Shown piece by piece: positions 19,863-29,056 of a stretch of 64,000 bases of DNA (within the stretch, counting starts at the first letter, position 1; the number at the start of each line of letters is the position of its first letter). The notes under the pieces are model-generated. The model searched no databases, was not told the DNA's origin, and was given only the letters and a program-made list of their open reading frames with translations. The DNA lies in NCBI GenBank assembly GCA_963677895.2, contig CAXXGJ010000038.1:512001-576000 (forward strand). The letters are read 5' to 3'. The DNA comes from Treponemataceae bacterium (GTDB lineage: Bacteria; Spirochaetota; Spirochaetia; Treponematales; Rectinemataceae). The position numbers and the translations under genes are program-made.

Positions 19863-21020
19863 ATGGAACATCGCGTATGGGCGGAACGAAGGGCGAAACC
19901 GCGGAGGCTTTCGCTTCTCGCCGCGCTTCTTGTCCTCCCGCTTGTCTTTTCCTGCGGCGGCCGGACAGTCCCGAAGCCCGAAGACGGGGTAGCGGGCTTC
20001 ATGGACGAAGCTTTCGCGGTTCTGCTGCCCGAAGCGGCGGAAATACTAGCCAGGCTCCCCGACGGCTCAAAACCGGGACCAGGACCGGGACAGGGGCCGG
20101 GGCCGGGGCCAGGACCGGAGCTAGGGAAGAGCGCGGGGCAGATCGAGATGGCAGCCCCGCTGACCTTAGCAGCCCCGCTGGCCTTGGCGGCCATCGAAAC
20201 CGCCGTCGAAAGAACGATCGGACAATGGATGAAAAACGGCGAAACCATGCCTAAAGCCCTTGTCGTGAGCCCCTTGGCCGCGTCCAGACTCGCCCGCGCG
20301 GCGGGCAATAAGCGCGCGCCTCTGCCGCAGCTTGTCGTCCCCTTCGCCGCCGGTTTCGGCTTCGATCCGCCGACGAAAATCCACGCCATCGAGTACGATT
20401 TCGACGCCGCCTATTCCGCCATGGGCAGGAAGGCTGCCCGATATCTGCGGAAGATTTCCGGAAAACAAGGGAATGCCGCCCTATGCGGAATTGTCTTCCA
20501 GGAAAACTTCATGAGGGGAAGAACGGCGCTGGAGGCTTTCGTAACCGCCTTCGAAGCCGAAATCGGCCAGGGACGGCTGGAAGTTAAGGTGCTCGACAAG
20601 ACGCTTCTCGCCCTGGATCCGACCGGGGCGACGAAGGATGCGATCCTTCGGCTGGCAAAACCGGCAGTTCCCGCCAAGGACGGTCCCGTTAACGGGAGCG
20701 AGGCGGGGGGCGTGGATGTCGTGGTGCTGGCCATCGATGACGCTTTTGTCGCCGAATCGGCGGCGGCCGATTCGCTCGCGGAATCTGCCGCGACGGGCAA
20801 GGCAGGCCCGATTTTCCTGGCGGACCAGAGTTCCTGGGGCGTACCGCGACCCTTGTTCTGGCAAAAACCCGGACTTTTCAGGTATGGAATTTGGGGCGAC
20901 GAGGCGAGTCTGGCCTGGGCGGCCATCGAGGCCGCGAAGAACCTGGCCGAGGGCCGCCCCGTCGATACGATCAAGAAGGTTCCGCTTCGCTCCGGCGCCA
21001 CCTTCCCGAGAATATTCTGA
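19863..21020 (+). CDS. Putative lipoprotein of unknown function
   Basis: Basic N-region, hydrophobic LSLLAALLVLPLVFS-C lipobox, and a (PG)n linker at about 20073-20118. Confidence 0.6.
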   Translation: MEHRVWAERRAKPRRLSLLAALLVLPLVFSCGGRTVPKPEDGVAGFMDEAFAVLLPEAAEILARLPDGSKPGPGPGQGPGPGPGPELGKSAGQIEMAAPLTLAAPLALAAIETAVERTIGQWMKNGETMPKALVVSPLAASRLARAAGNKRAPLPQLVVPFAAGFGFDPPTKIHAIEYDFDAAYSAMGRKAARYLRKISGKQGNAALCGIVFQENFMRGRTALEAFVTAFEAEIGQGRLEVKVLDKTLLALDPTGATKDAILRLAKPAVPAKDGPVNGSEAGGVDVVVLAIDDAFVAESAAADSLAESAATGKAGPIFLADQSSWGVPRPLFWQKPGLFRYGIWGDEASLAWAAIEAAKNLAEGRPVDTIKKVPLRSGATFPRIF

Positions 21021-21837
21021 AGGCGTTCGCCTGAGCCGCCGCCGATAATTCCTCCACCGATATTTCTCTAAGTCGCGCCGCCAGCTCTATCGTCCGCCCG
21101 ATATCGAGCGGCGTGGCGTCCTTTCCGCGATGCGGCATGGGATTCATATAGGGCGAATCGGTTTCCATGAGCAGCTTATTCAGCGGGGTGAGGACAAGGG
21201 CGCTTCTGAGTCCATCGGATTTCTTGTAGGTAAGGTTTCCGGCAAAGGAAAGCAGGCAGCCGGCTTCCAGGAATTCTTCGGCTTCGCGCGCGCCATATCC
21301 AAAGCAGTGAATGATGACGGGGACCGACGAAGCCGCTCCCGATACGACGGCCAGCGTGTCCTCGAAGGCGTCGCGGGAATGCACGATGAGGGGAAGGCCT
21401 AGCTCGGCCGCCATGGATGCCTGCGCTTTGAACAGTTTTATCTGGTCTTCCCGCGGCGCTTCCATGTGATGATAGTCGAGGCCGCACTCGCCCAGGGCGC
21501 GGCAGCGGGGTGACCGCAGGTCTTCCCGCAACATGGCCAGAGCCTCGCCCGGTCTTTCGAGCGACTCGCGGCCGGGCCAGAGCCCGGCCGAAAGCTTGAC
21601 AAAGGGATACCGCCCGAGGCGTTCAAGCCGAGGCGCCAGATCGCCGGGATTCACGCCGATATCGACGATGAAGGGCGCCGAGGCTTCGCGGCCGTCTTGG
21701 ATTTCCGATTCCCAGGCCTCCGCGTAGGCCGCCAGCAAGGCTTCCGCCGCTTCGGCGCCGAGCCTCGACTCGACAAGCCCCAGATGGGCATGGGAATCGC
21801 TGTACAGGGCCGGAACGCCTCCCTTATTCGGAAGCAT
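20971..21837 (-). CDS. tatD: TatD-family metal-dependent nuclease
   Basis: [24 protein letters not shown]. Confidence 0.92.
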   Translation of the reverse strand: MLPNKGGVPALYSDSHAHLGLVESRLGAEAAEALLAAYAEAWESEIQDGREASAPFIVDIGVNPGDLAPRLERLGRYPFVKLSAGLWPGRESLERPGEALAMLREDLRSPRCRALGECGLDYHHMEAPREDQIKLFKAQASMAAELGLPLIVHSRDAFEDTLAVVSGAASSVPVIIHCFGYGAREAEEFLEAGCLLSFAGNLTYKKSDGLRSALVLTPLNKLLMETDSPYMNPMPHRGKDATPLDIGRTIELAARLREISVEELSAAAQANAFRIFSGRWRRSEAEPS

Positions 21838-24427
21838 CGTCGCCTTCCGGCCTCGTCACGGTAAACTTGAGCCCGTCAGCCGAAGCGCCGGCGAGCACCT
21901 TGTCGCCCTCCCTCACTTCTCCCGACAGCAGGGATTTGGCGAGAGGATTCTCGAGAAGGGACTGGATGGCCCTCTTGAGCGGCCGGGCACCGAAGCGCCT
22001 ATCGTAGCCCTCGGCCGCGATGTAGTCGCGTGCCTCGGGGCTGATCTCGAGGGTTATGAACCTTTCGGCCAGTCGGCCGATGAGCTCGGCGAGCCTGAGA
22101 TCAGTTATCGAGCGGATCATCGCTTCGGAAAGCCTTTCGAAGAGGACGATTTCGTCGATCCTGTTGAGGAACTCGGGCTTGAAATGCCCTTTCAGGAGGG
22201 AATCTATGTCCTTGCGGACTGCCTCCATGCTCTCGGCCTCGAGGATAAGCTCCGAACCTATATTGCTCGTCATGATGATGATGGTGTTCCTGAAGTCCAC
22301 CACCCTGCCCTGACCGTCCGTAAGCCGTCCGTCGTCGAGTGTCTGAAGGAGAACGTTGAACACCTCAGGGTGGGCCTTTTCGACCTCGTCGAAAAGAACG
22401 ACCGAATAAGGCCGCCTGCGCACGGCTTCGGTGAGCTGTCCGCCTTCCTCGTAGCCGACGTAGCCGGGAGGAGCCCCGATCAGCCTCGACACGGCGTGTT
22501 TTTCCATGTATTCGCTCATGTCGATGCGCGTGAGAGCTTTTTCGTCGTTGAAAAGGAATTCGGCCAGGGCCTTGGCGAGTTCCGTCTTGCCCACACCCGT
22601 CGGTCCGAGAAAGAGGAAGGACCCCAGCGGTTTGCGGGGATCAGATAGGCCCGCCCTATTCCTCCGTATCGCGTCGGCCACGGCCAGCAGGGCTGGTTCC
22701 TGGCCTATGACGCGAAGCCTGAGCTTGCCCTCGAGTTCCACGTATTTCTGCGACTCGCTCGACATCATCTTCGAGACAGGGATGCCGGTCCAGGCCGATA
22801 CGACGCGGGCGATGTCCTCCTCTGACACTTCCTCGCGGAGGAGCCTGCGATCCCCGGCCCCCGATTTCATCTCGGCCGACAGGGCGTCCAGCTTCTTCTG
22901 GGCTTCGATCAGGCGTCCATACTTTATCTCGGAAGCCGCGGCCAGATCGCCTTCGCGGACCTTCCTGTCGGCTTCGAGCTTGAGTTCCTCGATTTTCTGC
23001 TTCGTGTCTCTCAGGCCGCCTATCTTGGATTTTTCGTTGTCCCAGCGAAGGCGCATGGCGTCGCGCTGCGCCGTGAGCTCGGAGATTTCCTTGTCCAGCT
23101 TGGAGCGGCGTTCCATGGATGCCGCGTCCACTTCCTTCCTGAGCGCCTGCTCTTCCATCTTGAACTGGGTCAACTTGCGCTCGATGACGTCGAGCTCCGT
23201 CGGCTGGCTCTCGATTTCCATCTTGAGGCGGCTGGCGGCTTCGTCGACGAGGTCTATGGCCTTGTCGGGGAGGAATCTGCTCGTGATGTAGCGGTCGGAG
23301 AGCGTGGCGGCCGCGATCAGGGCGTCGTCGCGAATCCTCACGCCGTGGTGCACTTCGTAGCGCTCCTTGAGGCCGCGCAGAATGGCTATGGTCGACTCGA
23401 CGCTCGGTGCGGCGCAGTAGACCGGCTGGAATCGCCGCTCGAGGGCGGCGTCCTTCTCGATATGCTTGCGGTATTCGTCCAGCGTCGTGGCGCCTATCGC
23501 CCTCAGCTCGCCTCGGGCGAGGGCCGGCTTGAGGAGGTTGGACGCGTCCATGGCTCCCTCGGCCGCGCCGGCGCCCACCAGGGTGTGCAGCTCGTCGATG
23601 AAGAGGATGATCTTGCCGTCGGACTTCTGGATTTCCTCGATGACGGCCTTGAGCCGCTCCTCGAATTCGCCCCTGAATTTGGCGCCGGCGATGAGGGAGC
23701 CCAGGTCGAGAGCAAGCAGGGTTTTGTTCTTGAGGCTGTCGGGGACATCGCCCGAAATGATTCGCCGCGCCAGGCCTTCGACGATGGCGGTTTTGCCGAC
23801 GCCGGGCTCTCCTATGATGACGGGGTTGTTCTTGGTCCGTCTGGAGAGCACCTGCATCACGCGCCTGATTTCCTCGTCGCGGCCGATGACGGGATCCAGC
23901 TTGTCGGCGCGCGCGAGGGCGGTGAGGTCGCGGGTGTATTTTTCCAGGACCCTGTATTTCTCCTCGGCGTCCTGGTCGGTGACGCGCCTGTTGCCGCGCA
24001 CGGCCTGGAGGGCCGAAAGAATGCGCTCCTTCGTCACGCCCTGCGACTTGAGAAGGGATGCCGCGGCGCCTTCCACGGCGATGATGCCCAGGAGGATATG
24101 CTCGGCGGCGACATACTCGTCCTTGAGGGCGGCCGATTCGGTTTCGGCCTTGGCCAGGGCCTTCGAAGCCGCGCTGGAGAGGTAGACTTGGGCCGCTTCG
24201 CCGAAGGCTTTCGGAAGCTTCGCGAGCAGGCTTTCCGTCCCCTTCTCCACCATCGCCTTGTCGGCGCCGATGCGGTCCAGCAGAGAGGGCACGACGCCTT
24301 CTTCCTGGGTGAGGAGGGCGTAGAGAAGATGTTCGATTTCGACATTCGGGTTGTCGCGGGACTGCGCGAGGGCGGAAGCGTCCCGAACCGCTTCCTGCGC
24401 CTTGAGCGTGAATTTTTCGTAGTTCAT
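21824..24427 (-). CDS. clpB: Chaperone ClpB
   Basis: Two Walker A motifs ([16 protein letters not shown]), M-domain coiled coil, FGARPLKR; start MNYEKFT. Confidence 0.97.
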   Translation of the reverse strand: MNYEKFTLKAQEAVRDASALAQSRDNPNVEIEHLLYALLTQEEGVVPSLLDRIGADKAMVEKGTESLLAKLPKAFGEAAQVYLSSAASKALAKAETESAALKDEYVAAEHILLGIIAVEGAAASLLKSQGVTKERILSALQAVRGNRRVTDQDAEEKYRVLEKYTRDLTALARADKLDPVIGRDEEIRRVMQVLSRRTKNNPVIIGEPGVGKTAIVEGLARRIISGDVPDSLKNKTLLALDLGSLIAGAKFRGEFEERLKAVIEEIQKSDGKIILFIDELHTLVGAGAAEGAMDASNLLKPALARGELRAIGATTLDEYRKHIEKDAALERRFQPVYCAAPSVESTIAILRGLKERYEVHHGVRIRDDALIAAATLSDRYITSRFLPDKAIDLVDEAASRLKMEIESQPTELDVIERKLTQFKMEEQALRKEVDAASMERRSKLDKEISELTAQRDAMRLRWDNEKSKIGGLRDTKQKIEELKLEADRKVREGDLAAASEIKYGRLIEAQKKLDALSAEMKSGAGDRRLLREEVSEEDIARVVSAWTGIPVSKMMSSESQKYVELEGKLRLRVIGQEPALLAVADAIRRNRAGLSDPRKPLGSFLFLGPTGVGKTELAKALAEFLFNDEKALTRIDMSEYMEKHAVSRLIGAPPGYVGYEEGGQLTEAVRRRPYSVVLFDEVEKAHPEVFNVLLQTLDDGRLTDGQGRVVDFRNTIIIMTSNIGSELILEAESMEAVRKDIDSLLKGHFKPEFLNRIDEIVLFERLSEAMIRSITDLRLAELIGRLAERFITLEISPEARDYIAAEGYDRRFGARPLKRAIQSLLENPLAKSLLSGEVREGDKVLAGASADGLKFTVTRPEGDDASE

Positions 24428-24501
24428 TGGATTTCCTGTACGATAAAGATACGAACGAAAAGGGCATTTCGGCAATCCTCAATCCGCGCTATACTCCCCG
24501 C

Positions 24502-24714
24502 ATGGACAAAGATTTCAAGGCGGTGATCCTGCACGGCTATACGAACGAAGAGGCTGTCGCGGTGATGAGGGCGGTTAAGGCGCTGGGTTTCGGCGCCGCG
24601 TCGACGGCCTTCGCCACGACGACGCCGACGAGCATAGAATGGAAGGTCGAGGATCTCATAGAGCATCTGGCCGAAGAACACGCGATGACGCGGGAGCGGA
24701 CGAGAAAGGCTTAA
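24502..24714 (+). CDS. Small protein, DUF3783-like
   Basis: VILHGYT...FATTTPTSIEWKVEDLIEHLAEEH pattern. Confidence 0.7.
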   Translation: MDKDFKAVILHGYTNEEAVAVMRAVKALGFGAASTAFATTTPTSIEWKVEDLIEHLAEEHAMTRERTRKA

Positions 24715-24723
24715 GCTTTTGCC

Positions 24724-24751
24724 GGGGCCGGCCGCCGCGGCGGCCGGCCCC
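24724..24751. repeat. Perfect 28-bp G/C-only palindrome between convergent genes
   Basis: GGGGCCGGCCGCCG|CGGCGGCCGGCCCC. Confidence 0.9.
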
Positions 24752-24773
24752 TCCAGACAGCCTTAAAAAATTC

Positions 24774-25250
24774 TTACTCCGGATCGAAATCGGGAATTTT
24801 AGCCTTCAGCGCCCTCACGAAAGCGTCGCCTGTGCTGCCGCGCTTCAGCGCGATGAAGACGACGTTGTCGCGTCCCGAGATGGTGCCGAGCACGTCTTCC
24901 ATGCCCATGTTGTCGATGGCCATGGCGACCGTGTCGGAGTGGCCGGAAAAAGTCCTGATGACGACGAGGCCGTCGTTCCAGTCGACCGATACATAGCCGC
25001 GCAGGAAATCCTGTATGTAATGTTTCTCCGACTCTTTGCGCTCCTCTTCGGAAGGAACCGTATAATAATAGCCTGTCTGTCCGTCCGCGACCTTGCCTAC
25101 TTTCAGGTATTTGAGGTCGCGGGACAGGGTCGCCTGGGTGACGGAATAGCCGGCCTCAGCGAGCAGCTGGAGCAGCGTGTCCTGCGAATCTATACGATGG
25201 GCTTTTATAAGGGTCTTGACCACTTTTAGGCGCTCAAGTCTTTCTTTCAT
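24774..25250 (-). CDS. argR: Arginine repressor
   Basis: VTQATLSRDL wHTH, VVIRTFSG, LGTISGRD. Confidence 0.92.
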   Translation of the reverse strand: MKERLERLKVVKTLIKAHRIDSQDTLLQLLAEAGYSVTQATLSRDLKYLKVGKVADGQTGYYYTVPSEEERKESEKHYIQDFLRGYVSVDWNDGLVVIRTFSGHSDTVAMAIDNMGMEDVLGTISGRDNVVFIALKRGSTGDAFVRALKAKIPDFDPE

Positions 25251-25290
25251 GTCGGGGTTTTCTCCATGACGTTATTTTTGGCGTTTCCAC

Positions 25291-25319
25291 AGTATTGCAT
25301 ATTTTTGCATTTTTCTCAA
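25291..25319 (-). promoter_or_regulatory. argR promoter containing an ARG box (25294-25311)
   Basis: TTGAGA-N17-AATACT overlapping the 18-bp palindrome AATGCAAAAATATGCAAT. Confidence 0.7.
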
Positions 25320-25372
25320 GGACAATTCCGCGACCTCGCCTCGGAAGGCGAGGTCGCGAGCCTTTCGGCGAG

Positions 25373-26449
25373 TCAGTATTCCGTACCTTTCCAGCCGAAT
25401 CTGGTCCTCAGCTTGTGCAGCATCATGTCCCAGTTCGTTTTTTCGGCGAAAAACTCCTTGGTGGACAGATAGCCCGAGTTGAAGAGCTTTTCATAGACCG
25501 CGTCGCCGGCCACGATATCGAAATTTGTCGGCGAGACGCCCTGATCGCTGATGAAGATCGTCCGGCCCTTGTTTTTCTCCCCATAGAGAACAAGCTGATC
25601 CTGGACAAGGACAAGACTCTCAAACAAAGCTCCGACATAATCCATCATGCCCTTCACTTCTTTGTACTCGGTCGATTCGGGCGAGGTATAGAGAAAGAAC
25701 CCCAGGGTTTCCTCGTTCATTCCCTTGGAAAATTTCTTCCCGTATTGAGGTTCGTCGAAGAGGCTGATGGGATAATTCCACATGACGCCGCCGTCGGCGT
25801 AAAACTGCGTTTCCCTTGTCCCGGGATACTGGAATGGTATGGCTTCAAAAAATAGGGGAATGGACATCGATATCCTGACGGCGAGCGCCACTTCCATGTC
25901 GGGCGTCGCGTCAAAGGAAAAGATCCTGCTCGTCCTATTGGAAATATCGGTCCCCGTGACGTAAAGGTCGAAGAAATGGCGCCCTCCCTTATGGATGGAT
26001 GCGTCCTTGAAGTCCCTGAATGTATAGGTTTCTTTTTTGACGGTGAACTGTTGAGCTATCACCGATTTCAGCCAGGTGTAAAAATAATCGCTCGAGTACC
26101 AGCCTTTTTCCTGGAGAAGGCGAAGGGAGCATTGGAGGTTCTTGACGATTCCCAGGGATTGCGATCGCACCACAAGGGGATTGGCCTTTATGAATTTTGC
26201 CTGTTCGGGTTTGAGATCGCCCTCGGCGGGGATTTTGCGGTAATCGAGGCTGTCGCTGATCGCTTTTATGGAATCGTAGTTTTCGAAGTTGAACGACAGA
26301 ATCAGCGCCGTGATGGCGCCGGCCGAGGTGCCGGCGGCGCGTTCGACCGAGCGCATGAGTCCGTTTTCGTAAAGATACTTGAGGGCGCCGATATAGGCCA
26401 CTCCGCGGACCCCGCCCCCCTTGAACACAAGGTTTCTGTACGCAGGCAT
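25373..26449 (-). CDS. Patatin-like phospholipase
   Basis: GGGVRG, GTSAG nucleophile, SMSIPLFF, DGG. Start MPAYRN after GAGGAG. Confidence 0.92.
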   Translation of the reverse strand: MPAYRNLVFKGGGVRGVAYIGALKYLYENGLMRSVERAAGTSAGAITALILSFNFENYDSIKAISDSLDYRKIPAEGDLKPEQAKFIKANPLVVRSQSLGIVKNLQCSLRLLQEKGWYSSDYFYTWLKSVIAQQFTVKKETYTFRDFKDASIHKGGRHFFDLYVTGTDISNRTSRIFSFDATPDMEVALAVRISMSIPLFFEAIPFQYPGTRETQFYADGGVMWNYPISLFDEPQYGKKFSKGMNEETLGFFLYTSPESTEYKEVKGMMDYVGALFESLVLVQDQLVLYGEKNKGRTIFISDQGVSPTNFDIVAGDAVYEKLFNSGYLSTKEFFAEKTNWDMMLHKLRTRFGWKGTEY

Positions 26450-26585
26450 TTCCCACTCCTCGGGACCGGATCGTCCGACCGGTCCGATGCGCCGCCAAGC
26501 ATATACCAGAGACCTTCCGCCGTCCATGAGGCGCGGCCGGACCGAGGTGTTGCAAAGGACGGCTGAAACGATATAGCGTTGGGGC

Positions 26586-27662
26586 ATGAACAGCGATTGG
26601 CGCGAAGCGATGAGAAAGAGAATCACGATACTGACCGATGCGGAGAATAAGGCTTTGCTCTCGAGGCTGAAGTCCGAATCGGCCCTCCCCTTCGCGGCCA
26701 CCGCGTACTGGCTGGGTCTCGCCTCCGAGGACTACCGCGACTGCCGCAGGAACGAAAAAGGCTTTCCTATCGATCCCATTCTCGCCCAGGCGCTGCCTTC
26801 CAGGGCGGAGCTTGAGCGTATGCCCATAGAATCCAAGGACCCGCTCTGCGAGGAAGTCCACTCTCCCCTTTCCAGACTCGTGCATCAGTATCCCTCGCGC
26901 ATTCTCTTGAGGACAACGGGGGAATGCCCCGTCTATTGCCGGCACTGCTTCAGGCGCTCCCTTCTGCCCAAGGAGAGGGGTTTCATGGACGACGCGACGC
27001 AGGAGGAAGTGAGGAAGTATCTGGAATCCCACCAGGAGGTTCGGGAAGTGCTCGTGTCAGGCGGGGATCCCTTGAGCGCGTCGACGCCGAAGCTCGAGGC
27101 GCTTTTTTCGCGGCTGAGGGCGGGCAAAAAGGGCATACTCATCAGGCTCTGCACCAGGGCTCCCGTCACGCTGCCCGACCGTGTCGACGAGGAACTCGTC
27201 GAGATGCTTTCACGCTTCAAGCCTCTGAGGGTGGTGATTCAGGTCAACCATCCCGCCGAAATCTCGTCCCTTTTCGCGGAAAAAATGGAGATGCTTGTCA
27301 TGGCCGGACTGCCGGTACGGAGCCAGTCCGTCCTGCTCCGCGGCGTCAACGATTCCGCCGACACGCTCGAGGCGCTGTTCTCCGGCCTCGTCCAGGTCGG
27401 CGTCGACCCCTACTACTTGTTCCAGGGAGACCTGGCTTCGGGCACGGCCCACTTCCGCGTCCCGCTCTCGCGCGGGCTCGCGATCTACGGAGAGCTGCGG
27501 AAGCGGCTTTCGGGTCTGGAGCTGCCGCGCTATGCCGTGGACGCGCCCGATGGGGCGGGCAAGATGTACCTGCCGGAAAGCATTGCGGGAATGGAGGATG
27601 GCTTCTGGATCCTGAAAGCCCCCGACGGATCGCTCCACCGCTATCCCGAAGAAAAGGAATGA
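26586..27662 (+). CDS. KamA/EpmB-family radical SAM aminomutase
   Basis: LVHQYP, CPVYCRHCFRR, SGGDPL, QSVLLRGVND, DAPDGAGK (PLP lysine). Confidence 0.88.
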   Translation: MNSDWREAMRKRITILTDAENKALLSRLKSESALPFAATAYWLGLASEDYRDCRRNEKGFPIDPILAQALPSRAELERMPIESKDPLCEEVHSPLSRLVHQYPSRILLRTTGECPVYCRHCFRRSLLPKERGFMDDATQEEVRKYLESHQEVREVLVSGGDPLSASTPKLEALFSRLRAGKKGILIRLCTRAPVTLPDRVDEELVEMLSRFKPLRVVIQVNHPAEISSLFAEKMEMLVMAGLPVRSQSVLLRGVNDSADTLEALFSGLVQVGVDPYYLFQGDLASGTAHFRVPLSRGLAIYGELRKRLSGLELPRYAVDAPDGAGKMYLPESIAGMEDGFWILKAPDGSLHRYPEEKE

Positions 27663-27705
27663 GGGGCCGCCGACCGCGCCTTCGTGCGCCTTCGCTTCGC
27701 GAAAG

Positions 27706-28998
27706 TCAATTCAATTTCGTTATGGTCCCGTCGCGGTAATACTCGTAGAGTTCGGCGATATCCGTTTCGTTCCCGCTCGTCACCACGACGAAGGTGCTCG
27801 CCGCGGGATGATAGGTATTCTCGTCGATCCAGGTGCCGCTGTTCACGTAATACTTCCCCTCGACGTTCGGCAGCTTCCTGAGCGAGGGATTGTGGGTGTG
27901 GCCGAACACCACGACGTCCACCTTCTGGTTCGCGTTCTCGAGATACTGCCTTTTCGCCTGCTTGAAGAAGTAGTCGCTGTCCAGCGCGCCAGCCACGCTC
28001 TCCGCGAAGGTGGCTTTCACCGCCACGAGGTTGTTTTCCTGGATCTTGTCCCATTCGCGCTGGTAGTTCTTGAAGAGCGTCGGCGCGCTGATGGTGCCGT
28101 CGGCCTGGACAACGGGGTAAACATCCTTGAGGGAGTATTTTCCGTTATAGCCATTGAACTTGATATCGATCACGCGATCCTCGAAACGTTCGTACGGAGT
28201 GATTCGGTTCATCTCGCCGGACCATATCCTGTAGTAGAGATAGGCGCCGAACTGGTCGGGATCGGTCTTGGGATCAGGTACCTTATCGATTTCCGGATAA
28301 TCCTTCTTGATCATCGGCTTGCCTTGCAGCACCCAGCTCGCGGCGATCCTCGCGTAGAAATAGCCCGGCGGGAGGATGGACGGCGCGTCGCCGGTGATAT
28401 CCTTGTTGGAAACGCTGTCGGGCGCCGAATAGACATCGTACCTATGCCCGTGCTCGATCACGATCTCGTTTCGGACTCCGGTATAGTGCTTTCCCATGCC
28501 GCGGGCATCCCTGGCCTGGTTTATACCCGGCAGGACCTGGGCGAGAATGTCGTTCTCAAGCGTCATGTCGTGGTTGCCGGGCACATAGGTCAGCTTGATG
28601 CCTTTCGCCATGAGGGCTTTGAGCTCGTCGAATACCGGCTGGTTGTTCTTCACCACCTGCCAATAGAACTTGCTCGAATCGCTGTAGGCGGGATAGGTCA
28701 GCGGCAGGTACCACTCGTCGAGGAAATCGCCCGCGATGACAAGTTCGCCGACGTCAGTCGTGTTCTCCAGGCGTTTCAGGAATTCGATGAACACCGCCCT
28801 GTTCTTGAGGTTTTCCGAATATTTATCGAGGATTCCCAGATGAATGTCGCTGACGACGACTACCTTGTCCTTTTTCGCTTCGGCGGTCGCCCACAACGGC
28901 GTCGAACTCAAAGAGGCGCCATTCGCCGCCGGCTGATCGAGCCCGAAGACCTGCAGCGCGATCGTGGCCATCATGAAGAGAACCAGCAATTTCTTCAT
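27706..28998 (-). CDS. Secreted calcineurin-like metallophosphoesterase
   Basis: Signal peptide; SDIHLG, GDFLD, GNHD, EHGH, GHTH, NSGTW. Confidence 0.85.
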   Translation of the reverse strand: MKKLLVLFMMATIALQVFGLDQPAANGASLSSTPLWATAEAKKDKVVVVSDIHLGILDKYSENLKNRAVFIEFLKRLENTTDVGELVIAGDFLDEWYLPLTYPAYSDSSKFYWQVVKNNQPVFDELKALMAKGIKLTYVPGNHDMTLENDILAQVLPGINQARDARGMGKHYTGVRNEIVIEHGHRYDVYSAPDSVSNKDITGDAPSILPPGYFYARIAASWVLQGKPMIKKDYPEIDKVPDPKTDPDQFGAYLYYRIWSGEMNRITPYERFEDRVIDIKFNGYNGKYSLKDVYPVVQADGTISAPTLFKNYQREWDKIQENNLVAVKATFAESVAGALDSDYFFKQAKRQYLENANQKVDVVVFGHTHNPSLRKLPNVEGKYYVNSGTWIDENTYHPAASTFVVVTSGNETDIAELYEYYRDGTITKLN

Positions 28999-29056
28999 CT
29001 TCCTGCCTCGTTTTGATATTATTTTTACAAGCCCAATAGAGGATCGACGCGAAACT

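Noticed and set aside
22656..24482. 608-aa alternative-frame ORF inside clpB, and the 393-aa antisense ORF at 23345-24526
   Set aside because: Arg/Gly/Pro-rich or antisense shadow expected from high-GC codon bias.
24428..24501. CIRCE or CtsR operator upstream of clpB
   Set aside because: No TTAGCACTC-N9-GAGTGCTAA and no heptad repeats seen.
25373..26449. Patatin as a CBASS (CapV-like) effector
   Set aside because: No CD-NTase or other defence genes nearby.
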